Both the position numbers and the translations under genes were made by a program. Source: a virus. Taken from it: a stretch of 64,000 nt of DNA. The notes under the pieces are model-generated. The model made no database searches, had not been told where the DNA came from, and saw nothing but the letters and a program-made list of their open reading frames with translations. How positions within the stretch are numbered: the first letter of the stretch is position 1; each line of letters opens with the position of its first letter. The stretch lies in IMG/VR virus record IMGVR_UViG_3300027811_000003, positions 1 through 64,000 of that record. One strand, written 5' to 3'. This document shows, in pieces, positions 8,170 through 18,201 of the stretch.

Positions 8170-8614
8170 AATACTCAAGCACCGCCTTGGCTCTCTCTTT
8201 TAACCTGATCCTCCACTCGCTGTCGCCCCATCCGTCGATTATACCACCGAAGTTGCTGGAATAATAGCCAACGCACAAGCTTTTGTAAGCTTTCTTTCCC
8301 TTGAACTTCGTCACGTATCTCTCGTCACCATTAGTAACGAACACGTCTGTCACATCTGGAACAAAATCAACTAGTTGTGTGGCAGTCAAATCCCACACTT
8401 CGTCGTCTAGACGAACCCAACAGTGTGCCACGTCGTAGCTATCTTCTTCGGTGAAGTCGCCTTCTTCGTAGCAATCAACCTTGTCGATCATCTGAGCGAA
8501 CACCATCGACACGTCACCGCAAGCTCCTTCCAAGTCTTCGTCTGAAGCGTTTCCAGCGTCTCCTAAGACGACAAGTTGTTCAGCTGCACGTCTAACGGCT
8601 TTGGCGACGACCAT
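8105..8614 (-). CDS. Putative transglutaminase-like (Cys-His-Asp) protease
   Basis: GACGDVS...AHCWV...WDLTATQ; similar to 36548..36967. Confidence 0.55.
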   Translation of the reverse strand: MVVAKAVRRAAEQLVVLGDAGNASDEDLEGACGDVSMVFAQMIDKVDCYEEGDFTEEDSYDVAHCWVRLDDEVWDLTATQLVDFVPDVTDVFVTNGDERYVTKFKGKKAYKSLCVGYYSSNFGGIIDGWGDSEWRIRLKERAKAVLEYYLSLPVGCVVNENHKDDGHHG

Positions 8615-8647
8615 GATTTCTTGTCTATTCGTGATGTATCTCCTTGT

Positions 8648-8818
8648 CTAAACGTTGTAATTTCTGATCTTGGTCCAGACGTTAGCTCGATCCCAAGATC
8701 TATTTCTATAGCTGAACCAAGCTCTAGCTTTGATCCACGCACTGATCAGAGTTCCAGACTTGGCCCAGGTCCTAGCACTCATGCAGCCTTTTGCTACGTG
8801 ACTAAACAAGATCGTCAT
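8648..8818 (-). CDS. MILF-family microprotein (MTILFSHVAK...ARAWFSY...)
   Basis: Manual translation. Confidence 0.65.
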   Translation of the reverse strand: MTILFSHVAKGCMSARTWAKSGTLISAWIKARAWFSYRNRSWDRANVWTKIRNYNV

Positions 8819-8988
8819 CTCGCTCTAAACCAAGCCCAAGCCATAGACCAAGTTATAGTTCTAGTAAAAGTTTCGACTTTCGTCCAAGACCCGTACACGA
8901 CTTGATGAGAAGTTTTAGCTTGAACCATGAACCGTGGCCACTGTGGAATCAACGGCCACGACTTTGTTTGTTTAAAAACAATCGTCAT
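8815..8988 (-). CDS. MILF-family microprotein (MTIVFKQTKSW...WSMAWAWFRAR)
   Basis: Manual translation; ATGA overlaps. Confidence 0.65.
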   Translation of the reverse strand: MTIVFKQTKSWPLIPQWPRFMVQAKTSHQVVYGSWTKVETFTRTITWSMAWAWFRAR

Positions 8989-9113
8989 GTTCTAGCCCGA
9001 GCTCCAGAACAAAACCAAACGCTTGTCATAGCTCTAGCTTTAGCTCTCGTCCCTACCCAAGCTCGCGCCCAAGGATTAATAGTCCTATTCTTTTGACAGT
9101 TGAACAAGATCAC
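8985..9113 (-). CDS. MILF-family microprotein (GTG start; MILFNCQKNRTINPWARAW...)
   Basis: CQKNR head subtype. Confidence 0.7.
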   Translation of the reverse strand: MILFNCQKNRTINPWARAWVGTRAKARAMTSVWFCSGARART

Positions 9114-9187
9114 TGAAAATTCCTAGCCATGGTAACCATCATCCTGGCATTTTTCGCTTGGCCACGACCCAACCGTGTGACTGAGAT
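9109..9187. repeat. 79-bp diverged direct repeat, copy 2
   Basis: Colinear with 8091-8169. Confidence 0.8.
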
Positions 9188-9391
9188 GTCACTTTTTACA
9201 CACCTTGTGGACGATCCAATTCATAAATCCGTGGACCAACGGAGTCAAGAACACAATGATCGTAAACGAGATGATGAACACGATGATTTTCATTGTTTGC
9301 TCCTGTTTTGTTCAACGCTGTGCTTCGTCCAACAACGAAACGTCAGGAACGCAATTGCGTTCCTGACGCCTCGAAGTTGTTCCACATCAAA

Positions 9392-9991
9392 TCACTTCTC
9401 TGCAGTCAGGATCCCAGTGATGCCGTGCAGAAAGACCTGAACGTCGCAGACCTTGAAGTGGTCAGAACCCTCGGAGTTTCCAGAGAGAACCGCCGCGAAT
9501 TGATGGTTCTCGATGTTGTTGACCATCGCAGCTTTCGTGACCTTGAGCGTGAACGAACCGATGTTATCGAGAATCCCACGGAACTCGTGAGTGACGGTGC
9601 AGATGTGCACGACAGTTCCAGGCTTCATCCATCCGTTGGAAGCGTCGATGCACTTGCACTCAGGGATCTCACCGACAACGTTGTGACACACGGTGTAGAC
9701 GCAACCACCGATCGGCACGAAAGCCCACTCACCGCCCGGCTCCTCGAGCACGCCCTTCACCTCGCCAGAGGCAAAATACTTGCTCGCCTTGTGGTTCACG
9801 TTCTCGTTGTCAGCCGTCCAGACGATGGTCGGCTTGTGAACGATGAAGTGGTCGACGCACACTGCGACGAGAAGTCCTCGGAAAGCCCGAGTGGCCGTGT
9901 AGAACGAATACACGTACCCAGGCTTGAACTCGTTCGTCTCGACCGCCAGGTCTGCTGCGACAGCACGTCTCTGATCAAGTTGCTTCGACAT
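9392..9991 (-). CDS. Hypothetical protein with two internal repeats (KPG..Y/H...T.T..FRG.L)
   Basis: Promoter 10021-10042 and AAAGGAG RBS; internal duplication visible. Confidence 0.75.
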   Translation of the reverse strand: MSKQLDQRRAVAADLAVETNEFKPGYVYSFYTATRAFRGLLVAVCVDHFIVHKPTIVWTADNENVNHKASKYFASGEVKGVLEEPGGEWAFVPIGGCVYTVCHNVVGEIPECKCIDASNGWMKPGTVVHICTVTHEFRGILDNIGSFTLKVTKAAMVNNIENHQFAAVLSGNSEGSDHFKVCDVQVFLHGITGILTAEK

Positions 9992-10020
9992 TTTTGCTGC
10001 TCCTTTGTTGAGGTGAAATC

Positions 10021-10042
10021 ATTGTACAACAGAATTACTGAA
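10021..10042 (-). promoter_or_regulatory. Phage promoter motif TTCAGYAATTTCGTWGTAYAAT (representative copy)
   Basis: Related copies at 11011, 11962, 13170, 13409, 13920, 16416, 21955, 22366, 24816, 26782, 29516, 31264, 32502, 36297. Confidence 0.75.
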
Positions 10043-10050
10043 ATGAAATT

Positions 10051-10990
10051 TTAGATGCCCAACCAAATGCGTTGCTCGTCTGCGTAGTCGTAGAGACGAT
10101 ACAGGATGTGATTGACTTCTTGTTCATCGTACTCGTCACCGTTGAATCGACGAAGATCGTCGATGATCGAAGTTGTATAGAACAACGATTTCCGTTGTTC
10201 GAGGATGTCAGCGATCTTTCCAGGCTTCTCTTCGTCTGGGATGTCATCGTCGTTAAGGACTACCTTGATGTCAACCGTCGGTCCCCACTTATTCATGTTC
10301 ATCTCCTAGTGTTGAATCGAACCGCTAGCTAAGCTTTCTCTGAATCCACCACGAACTTCGAACAACGTGAACGTGTTGCACATCTTCTGATCACAAGCCC
10401 AACGAGTGGCACGCTCGAGAGCGAGTCCAGGGAATACTGTCGTTGACATGCGAGTCGCATCGACGTCAAACATGTCAACTTCGATCGTCCACGTTTTTTC
10501 GATGTGTATCATGGCTTGACAGTCCTCAAAGAGTTCAATTCTTCACGAAGCATTTTGACGAGTCCACGCATGCTGCGTCCGTCTAATTCGTGTCGTTCGA
10601 CTAGCTTCACGTGTTGTTCACGCTCACGAATCAAGATGCTCCTGAGCTTCAGAATCTCTTCACGAGCATCTTCGATAGTGTTTGGAAGAGGCGAGTCAAA
10701 TGCTTCTGGAGCGATTTTTGACATGATCAGTCAACGTGATTAAGGTCAGAGAGCTTGCACCAAACTTCAGAGTTAAAACTAGCCGTCCCGCCGAACAGCC
10801 ACTCCTTTGATTCGCTAGAGTAAAAACAGTTGATGCTGCAAATCGTCGTTCCGTTGCTTGAAACAAAGCGACATTCTGAGTTGCATCCCTTGACTATCAG
10901 TGTCGTCTTCAAGCCAAGCAACGCGTCGATCCTGCCTTGCAATTCGAGCATACCAACATCGATTTTTTCTTCAATTTTCTTGTCATCCAT
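10051..10990 (-). other. Four adjacent small hypothetical genes (10727..10990, 10509..10724, 10306..10512, 10051..10302)
   Basis: Abutting ORFs downstream of promoter 11011-11032. Confidence 0.65.
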
Positions 10991-11032
10991 GTAGATGTCC
11001 TTGTGAAATCATTGTACAACGAAATTACTGAA

Positions 11033-11194
11033 CTATCTCCAATCAGCCTTAGCTGAAGCAAAAGTGCTAGCCAAAATGCGACGTGTAACTTTAGCGTGAG
11101 CAGTGGCACGATTCCATTTCATATGACCAACGAACGTATGAGCTCTAGCCCAAGGCCAGATGAGAAATCTGTTAGTAGTCAAATGAAATAACAT
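11033..11194 (-). CDS. MILF-family microprotein (MLFHLTTNRFLIWPWARAH...)
   Basis: Manual translation; starts 3 nt after tRNA 3' end. Confidence 0.55.
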   Translation of the reverse strand: MLFHLTTNRFLIWPWARAHTFVGHMKWNRATAHAKVTRRILASTFASAKADWR

Positions 11195-11197
11195 GAT

Positions 11198-11270
11198 TGG
11201 GCTCCCTCGGAGTCGAACCGAGATCTAGGCGCTTATGAGGCGCTGGCTTTAACCTTTAAGCTAGAAGCCC
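11198..11270 (-). tRNA. tRNA with CAT anticodon (Ile2 or elongator Met)
   Basis: GGGCTTC/GGAGCCC acceptor, CTCATAA loop, GTTCGACTC T-loop; G1-C72 pair so not initiator. Confidence 0.85.
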
Positions 11271-11277
11271 CAACTAC

Positions 11278-13893
11278 CTACTTCACCCACAGCTGGTATT
11301 CGCCCCTCTCAAAGAAGATGCGCGGATTTGGCTCATTATCATCCACGAACGCATCTTTGACCCAGATGCCGCTGTTCCATATGGACGTCACCCGATACAT
11401 CTTCCCTACTTTGGCCTTACCGGCCCAGCCGCAATAAATCACCAAATCACCCCACCTAGTATCACTCATACTTCCCTTTCAGAAGAACCAGAGAATGAGA
11501 ATGCAGACTGCTGCCCCTGCATCAACTCTCCTGGGGACATCCGCCACATACGCTTTGACATATTTTCGTTCATATCATTATCGCTTCTAACGTCCTTGAC
11601 ACGCAGGACAATAAGGCTTGCCACGCATCGTTTGAGTGGGACGACCGCAACACATCTTGAGAAAGAAAGTGACAGGCACTCGATCTTTCCCGCTCGAGAT
11701 GTAACATCCTTCTCGAGCAACGAATTCTTGTTTGACAATCCTGTCGTCGTAAACGTTCATCATGTCAATTCATCCTCAAACTTGAGATGCGTTTGAACGT
11801 TTCCTCGACAATGAGACTAGGCATCGAAACGTCTTTACCTTTGCACATGGGAGGATACCCAAGACGTTGATGTGGAAACAGAGGAAGAGAATTCAATTTC
11901 TTTGTCACGAACTCGATCAACTCGTCTTCGGTCATTTTCGATTTCCTTGGTTGATAGAGAGATTGTACAACGAAATTGCTGAAAGTGTCACCACGGATCA
12001 AATCTAACACGAGCGTTTCTCAAAGAATGTCTCAACGTCCATGCTCCAACTTGATAAGCTCCAGACATACCGGTGAAAAAATGAATTCGTCTGTGAGCCA
12101 CAAGATGGCCGATAAACAAGATCACTTGTTTATCTCTTTTATGGACGACAATAGAATTCTAGACCTGACTTCACATATCTCGTCAAGCTCTCTTGTTCTT
12201 TGAACTCAACGCGAGCTTTCTCTAACGTGTCAGGAGAGATCCCGCCGTGGTCCTCAGACGAGGAGTACATCGCGAACAAGCTTTCGTATCTCGACTTGCA
12301 AAAAGAGAGCTTACATTCTTGCTCGGCGAGGTGCTCCTCCAAGATCTCTTTGACAGACATGTTCGCCTCGACTTCGATTCAATCTTCAGTGTGATACTTG
12401 CATAGACTGTACATGAGAATCTTGCCCACGTACCTTGTGTTGTCTGCAGCATCAAGTTCTTTCTCAAACTTGTAGACCAAACTCGTCGTATCGTCGATTC
12501 CCTCGATATTCTTGACAGAAGAAGCAAGCGCACCGACGCCAGATTTACGAAGTCGAAACAACCTGATCCCTAGAATAGACTTGAATTCAGTGTCACGAGT
12601 CGTCAACATCCAAACGTTTTTAAACATGTTCACACACCTCTTGATGCGCAACTTGTTGTTTTAGAGATCGTACAACGACGCATCTCGTGCATCTTCAGAT
12701 CGTTCCAAGGCAGGACCACCGACCTGATTTCCTTTGCTGTCGATCACGATGATCAATCCACCGCAAACTTGGTACTTCTCATCAACGACGTCCTGAGCTT
12801 CTTGTTTCGAGTTACACACAGCGAGCACGCTTAGACTAGTGAACGTGGTCGTAACGTTGTACATGGTGTCCGGATTGGCGCCGACGACGATGAGCTTATC
12901 TTTCATGTCAAAGCTCGACGTTTGAACGCTTGCGACTGTCGCCCCAAAGCTCCCAAGGCTTCATGTTCGCGTCGCGCTTCGTTGCCTCCATCTCGTCGTG
13001 AAAACGCTGCGTCACGACGTCCCATTCGATGCCAGTCATCTCGACCGCGTTCTTCATGAGGCGATCCTTCTCGGCTGGGCTGAGCGACTTTGGAACGTAG
13101 ACGAACTTCGCAGGAACCGGAACGAACTTCTTGCTCTTCATTTTGCTGCTCCTTTGTTGTTGTGAAATCATTATACAACGAAATTACTGAAATGAAAAGT
13201 GTGAGGCATAGTCCACCTCACGAGTAAGCTCCATTCTGCTAATCTAATTACGCGGTTAAGACAGCTCGAACAAAAGCTACCAACGAATGGGATCAGCATA
13301 TCGCTCTTTTCTTTGGTTCTTGTTCTTAGACGACGGCTCGTCAGCCAAAACTTCCGTGTTGTTCTTGGTAGTTCACAACACAAGAAACATTTTGTTGCCG
13401 TTGAGTATATCGTACAACGAAATTATTCTACAAGAGTCCAACTGTCGTTGATCATCTGGTACATCTTGTCAACGCCGATGTCTTCGTGATACGTGTACTT
13501 GTACGAAGCCTCAGAATACGCGTGATACCACGCAGATTTAACGTCCTCGGCTTCGAAGAAGATAGCACGTCTATCGATGCCGTCGCGAATGATCGCCATG
13601 AATTTAGACATGATTTCTCACGGTTAAACGTATTTGCCGATCTCGTTCAACACGATGTTCAACACTCGATTTCTATCGTGCACCAACATGTGCTTTACTT
13701 CGTTCAAGAGCACGAGCTCTTCGACGTCGACGTTCTTCGAATGAACGACGCGATTGTGGATGTTTTCCAGCATATCCAGCATCACGTGTTCCACCGTGTC
13801 TTCGACACAGCACTTTCCGAGATCTGACGCCATCCCAGCGAACGCCTTCGAAGCTTCACGACGAATGACCTTCTCGATTTCTTGGGGCACCAT
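11278..13893 (-). other. Block of small hypothetical genes (e.g. 13624..13893, 13423..13611, 12908..13141, 12661..12906, 12379..12651, 12139..12360, 11765..11935, 11278..11469)
   Basis: Abutting ORFs with promoter-motif copies and AAAGGA RBS. Confidence 0.6.
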
Positions 13894-13944
13894 GTTTGCT
13901 GTCCTTTGTTTATAAGGAGATAATACAACGAAAAATCAAAAAGT

Positions 13945-14067
13945 TCATTTGTCAAGAATGAAATAATTCCAGCTCAAAGGAATGCCTTTTCTACGGATTC
14001 CGTGACTGTGAAACGCAGTGACGAAGGCATACGTTCCGCTAAGTCTGTTGATTGTGAACAAGATCAT
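13945..14067 (-). CDS. MILF-family microprotein (MILFTINRLSG..., 40 aa)
   Basis: Manual translation; ATGA overlap. Confidence 0.6.
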   Translation of the reverse strand: MILFTINRLSGTYAFVTAFHSHGIRRKGIPLSWNYFILDK

Positions 14068-14228
14068 AGAGAATGTACTTTAACGTATGCTCGTGCACCG
14101 TTGACGTAGCCTCTAGAAAAAGCTCTTGCAATTGCCCAAGCGGGTTTCCAAAGTCTTGGATAAAACATCCGTTTCGCACGATTTGAAAAGTCTGTCGCCA
14201 TCGTTCCTTGAACTTTAAACAAGATCAT
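14064..14228 (-). CDS. MILF-family microprotein (MILFKVQG...PAWAIARAF...)
   Basis: Internal ATG of track ORF 14064..14297. Confidence 0.65.
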   Translation of the reverse strand: MILFKVQGTMATDFSNRAKRMFYPRLWKPAWAIARAFSRGYVNGARAYVKVHSL

Positions 14229-14371
14229 CTGCTGAACGTCGACCTCGCGTGCAAGACACCCGTTCCAGTCCACGCCCAGGCATGATGCACGAACCACATT
14301 GCGTCATGCGTTATGACACGTGGTCGACGTGAAATCACAAGCAACACTTTAGGAGCACAAAATAAGATCAT
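14225..14371 (-). CDS. MILF-family microprotein (MILFCAPK...HAWAWTG...)
   Basis: ATG overlaps TGA of lipoprotein 14368..14892. Confidence 0.65.
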   Translation of the reverse strand: MILFCAPKVLLVISRRPRVITHDAMWFVHHAWAWTGTGVLHARSTFSR

Positions 14372-14892
14372 TGCTTTGCCACGATTTCGAGCCACTCGTC
14401 GATCTTAGCGTTAGCTTTCTTGAGCTCGTCAACGTGCTTTGGCAACATGTAAAAGCCGTGGCCCGTGGCGACGGCGCCCTGAGACGTCCACACCCAAAAC
14501 GCTATCAATCCCCAGTATCCGTGTGTGTCCCAATTCTCGTGATTGGCGTTCAAACGAAGAGCTGCTGCGTCTACTTGATGCAGATATTCGTGGACGGCAG
14601 ACGCACAAGACGGAGACAGCTCGATGAATCCAACGCTAGAACATCCAGCCACCCACAACCCGTTGCAATCGAAGATGTTGTCTTTGCTTACGAACACGTC
14701 TACGTTCGGCGGTTCTAATCCGACAATCTTCATCATGTCACGTGCACTTGTTATCTTGTTCGACGTCTCGACGCAGTCGATGATAGCAATGTCTTCGATG
14801 AAGATTCCATTGTCGCAGTCGTTGAAGTCGTTCTTGCTCGGACCACAAGCGAATGCAACGAACGAAAACGACGCGACGAGAAGTCGTTTCAC
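14368..14892 (-). CDS. Lipoprotein with HExxH zinc-peptidase motif
   Basis: VAFAC lipobox; HEYLH...HENWD; paralogue of 5460..6050. Confidence 0.7.
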   Translation of the reverse strand: MKRLLVASFSFVAFACGPSKNDFNDCDNGIFIEDIAIIDCVETSNKITSARDMMKIVGLEPPNVDVFVSKDNIFDCNGLWVAGCSSVGFIELSPSCASAVHEYLHQVDAAALRLNANHENWDTHGYWGLIAFWVWTSQGAVATGHGFYMLPKHVDELKKANAKIDEWLEIVAKQ

Positions 14893-15203
14893 TTCTGCTC
14901 CTCGAAACTATTGCACTTGAACCACTTGACCTTCGAGCTAGGAAAATCGAACTTCGACATCCTCACGAGCTGTCCCACTTCGAACGTTCCTTGTACGTTG
15001 TCGAGAGATAGGACAGACGTTTTGTTACGTGCGTCGTCAAACCTGAGCCAAACGTCTCCTGACGCCGTGTCAGTGCTAACGTGCTTGGCGTTGTGCGACG
15101 CTGGAAACGTTACACTTAGATCTCCGAACGAACATTTGCCACTGTGCTGAACTGAGATCGAGCTGCAAGAAGCAATCAAAAACGCCATAATCAATTTCTT
15201 CAT
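14889..15203 (-). CDS. Putative lipoprotein
   Basis: MKKLIMAFLIASC; promoter TTTACT-17-TATGAT at 15210-15238. Confidence 0.65.
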   Translation of the reverse strand: MKKLIMAFLIASCSSISVQHSGKCSFGDLSVTFPASHNAKHVSTDTASGDVWLRFDDARNKTSVLSLDNVQGTFEVGQLVRMSKFDFPSSKVKWFKCNSFEEQK

Positions 15204-15248
15204 TTGCGCATCATAACACTGAACATCGACGAAGTAAACATTATGCTT

Positions 15249-16409
15249 TCAGCCGGTATGAAACGACGAGTAAATCACTCCTCGCTTGATTCCAGAAGCT
15301 GCACGTCCGATGAGCTTCGCTTTCACGTAAGACGGGTCACGCGCCCAAGTTTTTCCGTTGACCCAATTTTCAGAGGGCCAACCGTAAAGCGAAGGCGTGA
15401 TGTTTTTCGCGTCGTCTTCAGACTCTGCGGCGACGACGCAATCTGAGTACGTGTCGTAACCACGTCTATCGTCTTGACTCAAGTGGTATAAATTCACTTG
15501 TTCACGTCCCCAAGCACACGCCGAACAAGTGACACACCTTGTCTGCGACGATCCAGATCTGTTGACCGAACGGCGCGCACCACATCAAGAAGTTGTTGAT
15601 TGACTTTTTCACATTCGCCTCATGAATTCGAGAATGTCTGCGTACGCTGCGAGTTCGAAGTCACTCATCACGTTTTCGACCGGGTCTGAAGAGCGAGCAG
15701 GAACACGAGCCATCTGCGAAACTCTATCTTGAACGTATTCGATCGTTCGTTTGACGTCTGTCAAAAACGAACCGTCAGCTTTCCGCACGCTCAAGATTCT
15801 GACGACTTCGTACAGACGCGAGTACTTCGCAGATTTCTCGAAGATCGACACACCGTTGGCACGCAGTTCAAAAGATATTTTTTGTGTGTCAAGACTCGCA
15901 ATTTTGTCTTGCCAAAGCACAATGCTTGTTTTCAACGCGTAAATCTCTGACTCGAGATCCTTGATCAAGTCTTCTTGAGTCGTCATGATCGTTCCGAACG
16001 AACTTCCGGACCCTCAGTCACTGAATTCGTGACGCAAGTCGGCTTGTCAACAAGGACGATGATATCCTCCCACGGCTCAGCGCACTCAACGATCTTTCCA
16101 AATCCATTTGCAGCCTCGTAAATGCACCATTCTTTGGACATCGCGACAATCGTTCCCAAAGCGACTTCTCCGCAAACGTTCATTCCGATCAATGGTTTTA
16201 CTTTCATGTTCATTTTCCTTTCAAGGTTCATCGTGAGACACGACTTTGAGGTCGCAAATGTAGACATCGTGGACGAGCACTCCATCAGACCCGATCAACG
16301 TCACGAGGTGCGGAGCAGACGCGAGTTCAGCACTCACCTCCCAAACTCCGTCCTTCGGGAATTCAGCGAAAACTACCTTCGATCCAACTTCTAGCTTTAT
16401 TGTTGTCAT
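15249..16409 (-). other. Small hypothetical genes (16221..16409, 15983..~16213, 15609..15986, 15249..15497)
   Basis: Abutting ORFs after promoter 16416-16437. Confidence 0.6.
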
Positions 16410-16433
16410 GTAGTCATTATACTACGAAATTAC

Positions 16434-16598
16434 TTAATGTTGTTCAATTTCGTCTACGTACACGTCGAACCAAGCTCTAGCCCAAGCGCATCCGCGCAAT
16501 CTCGTGTGTACTACACGTGATAAAATGACGCACGCTGGATGAAACGGCTTTCCAGAATACAATCCGTACGGAGGAACAGGCGATTTGAACAGGATCAT
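16434..16598 (-). CDS. MILF-family microprotein (MILFKSPVPP...CAWARAWFD...)
   Basis: Manual translation; end of 6-member array 16434-17362. Confidence 0.65.
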   Translation of the reverse strand: MILFKSPVPPYGLYSGKPFHPACVILSRVVHTRLRGCAWARAWFDVYVDEIEQH

Positions 16599-16723
16599 GT
16601 CGATTTGACTCTGACTCTAGTTTTTGTTCTAGCTTTTACCCACGCCCATCTTGCTGCCGTCCAAGCTCTAGCCATAGATTTTGCCGTGTGTCTAGCTCTG
16701 AACGTGACGAAGAACAGGATCAT
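16595..16723 (-). CDS. MILF-family microprotein (MILFFVTFRAR...ARAWTAARWAWVKAR...)
   Basis: Manual translation. Confidence 0.7.
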   Translation of the reverse strand: MILFFVTFRARHTAKSMARAWTAARWAWVKARTKTRVRVKST

Positions 16724-16903
16724 TCAGAGAGTTTCATCGCTCATCCCTCGACATGTTTTTGACCAAGCTCTCGCCTTAGCTACGTGACCCGTGATTTTAG
16801 ATCCGAAGCCAACCCAAATCCAAACGTCTGACCAATGACGAGTGCGAGCCACGACACTGAATCCTATCCTGAACCTGATGTACGGAGTCGTGAACAGTGT
16901 CAT
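16724..16903 (-). CDS. MILF-family microprotein (MTLFTTPY...KARAWSK...)
   Basis: Internal ATG of track ORF 16724..16924. Confidence 0.65.
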   Translation of the reverse strand: MTLFTTPYIRFRIGFSVVARTRHWSDVWIWVGFGSKITGHVAKARAWSKTCRGMSDETL

Positions 16904-17052
16904 CTTGTCCTTGCTATGTACCAAGCTTTGACGATTGAAAATTCTCTGGCTTTAGGCTCTGTTACGATCCAATTCCAATTGCTTGACCAAGCGTAAAAAC
17001 AAGCAGCGTTAATAATTCTCGACCTGTTATACAACGTCATGAACAGTATCAT
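16900..17052 (-). CDS. MILF-family microprotein (MILFMTLYNR...WNWIVTEPKAREFS...)
   Basis: Tandem paralogue of 17049..17204. Confidence 0.7.
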   Translation of the reverse strand: MILFMTLYNRSRIINAACFYAWSSNWNWIVTEPKAREFSIVKAWYIARTR

Positions 17053-17204
17053 CTCGTCCTTGTCTCGAACCAAGATTTGACGTATGAAAAATCTCTGGCT
17101 TTCGACTCAGTTCCGATCCAATTCCAGACTGTAGACCAAACGTGAAAACGAGCAGTGCCAGTTCTAAACTTCAATCTGTTGTACAACATCGTGAACAGGA
17201 TCAT
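17049..17204 (-). CDS. MILF-family microprotein (MILFTMLYNR...WNWIGTESKARDFS...)
   Basis: Tandem paralogue of 16900..17052. Confidence 0.7.
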   Translation of the reverse strand: MILFTMLYNRLKFRTGTARFHVWSTVWNWIGTESKARDFSYVKSWFETRTR

Positions 17205-17362
17205 CTCATCCAAGCTTCGATTTTAGTCTTGGCTCTCGACCACGGCCATCTTCCCGTTGCCCAATTTTTAGCCATGGAAAATCCACGAGGCCACAAATTC
17301 TTCCAAACTTCTGCTCTTTGACGAGTCAACGTCGAGACATACTTGCACTGAAACAGGATCAT
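17201..17362 (-). CDS. MILF-family microprotein (MILFQCKY...WPWSRAK...)
   Basis: ATG overlaps TGA of 17359..17595. Confidence 0.7.
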   Translation of the reverse strand: MILFQCKYVSTLTRQRAEVWKNLWPRGFSMAKNWATGRWPWSRAKTKIEAWMR

Positions 17363-17595
17363 TTTCTTTTCTTTCGCTTCGCGCCAGTCACGCAGAATCC
17401 GTTGGACTTCAAGAACTCGTTAGCTGCGACGTCGAGCTCCCTGTCGATCCTGTCCTTGATTCGCTGCAGGCAAGCGATGTTCTTCTTGTCCTGCTTCACG
17501 AACGGGATCGGAGCGTAGTACCCGTAATCTAGAAGCTCGTCGAAGACTGCCTTGCGACGCTCTTCAAGCTTGTCCAAGTCGTTTGGTTCGTTCAT
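17359..17595 (-). CDS. Hypothetical protein
   Basis: TATAAT upstream; phage-typical codons. Confidence 0.6.
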   Translation of the reverse strand: MNEPNDLDKLEERRKAVFDELLDYGYYAPIPFVKQDKKNIACLQRIKDRIDRELDVAANEFLKSNGFCVTGAKRKKRK

Positions 17596-17714
17596 TTGAG
17601 AGAATTATACACCAGGTGGAGTGGATAGTACACATACCCTCTCGGTCCCACGGATGGGCTGCAGCGTCACTGAATTTGTTTGGATGGTTAACCATATGGC
17701 CGTGATTTGTTCGC

Positions 17715-17864
17715 TCACCGTTCTAATATGAGCATGCTAGACGAGTAGTGAACAGACATCCATCGAGACGTAGTCCACACATTGGCGACTACAAAGCCAC
17801 ACCATCTCGGTATGAAGTACGCTTCACACCGGCCGATCTGAGTTGATTGGTTAAACAGGATCAT
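17715..17864 (-). CDS. MILF-family microprotein (MILFNQSTQ...)
   Basis: Manual translation; array 17715-18344. Confidence 0.6.
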   Translation of the reverse strand: MILFNQSTQIGRCEAYFIPRWCGFVVANVWTTSRWMSVHYSSSMLILER

Positions 17865-18064
17865 GTCATTCGCTCGCTGAGACGTCTAACACGTCTGATC
17901 GGAGGTGCCCAGTCGTTTGCAGTTCTTATCGACGCGCCGCTCCTCGCGTCAGGATAGCAAGTGGCGACGCACCAAGCGTTAGCGAATCTTCTGATCACGC
18001 CGCAGCGAGGAACGAAGAACATGAATGGAGAATTTCTGGGTCGATACGAATGGAAAAGGATCAC
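17861..18064 (-). CDS. MILF-family microprotein (GTG start; MILFHSYRP...ANAWCV...)
   Basis: GTGA overlap inside track ORF 17861..18109. Confidence 0.6.
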   Translation of the reverse strand: MILFHSYRPRNSPFMFFVPRCGVIRRFANAWCVATCYPDARSGASIRTANDWAPPIRRVRRLSERMT

Positions 18065-18201
18065 TGATGAACTCGGGACAAGACTGAACCGACTCCTGAC
18101 CACGCCCAAGCGTTACGAAGGAGCCATGAGTTTTCTCTGACTTGAGAGACTCTTGACATGCAAAACAACAATCTGATGCTGGAACACTTAAACAAGATCA
18201 T
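18061..18201 (-). CDS. MILF-family microprotein (MILFKCSS...NAWAWSG...)
   Basis: Manual translation. Confidence 0.65.
   Translation of the reverse strand: MILFKCSSIRLLFCMSRVSQVRENSWLLRNAWAWSGVGSVLSRVHQ

Noticed and set aside
16900-17204. WNW motif as a darobactin precursor
   Set aside because: Following residues (IVTE/IGTE) do not match WNWSKSF, there is no DarA-like leader, and the motif is expected by chance in Trp-rich peptides.
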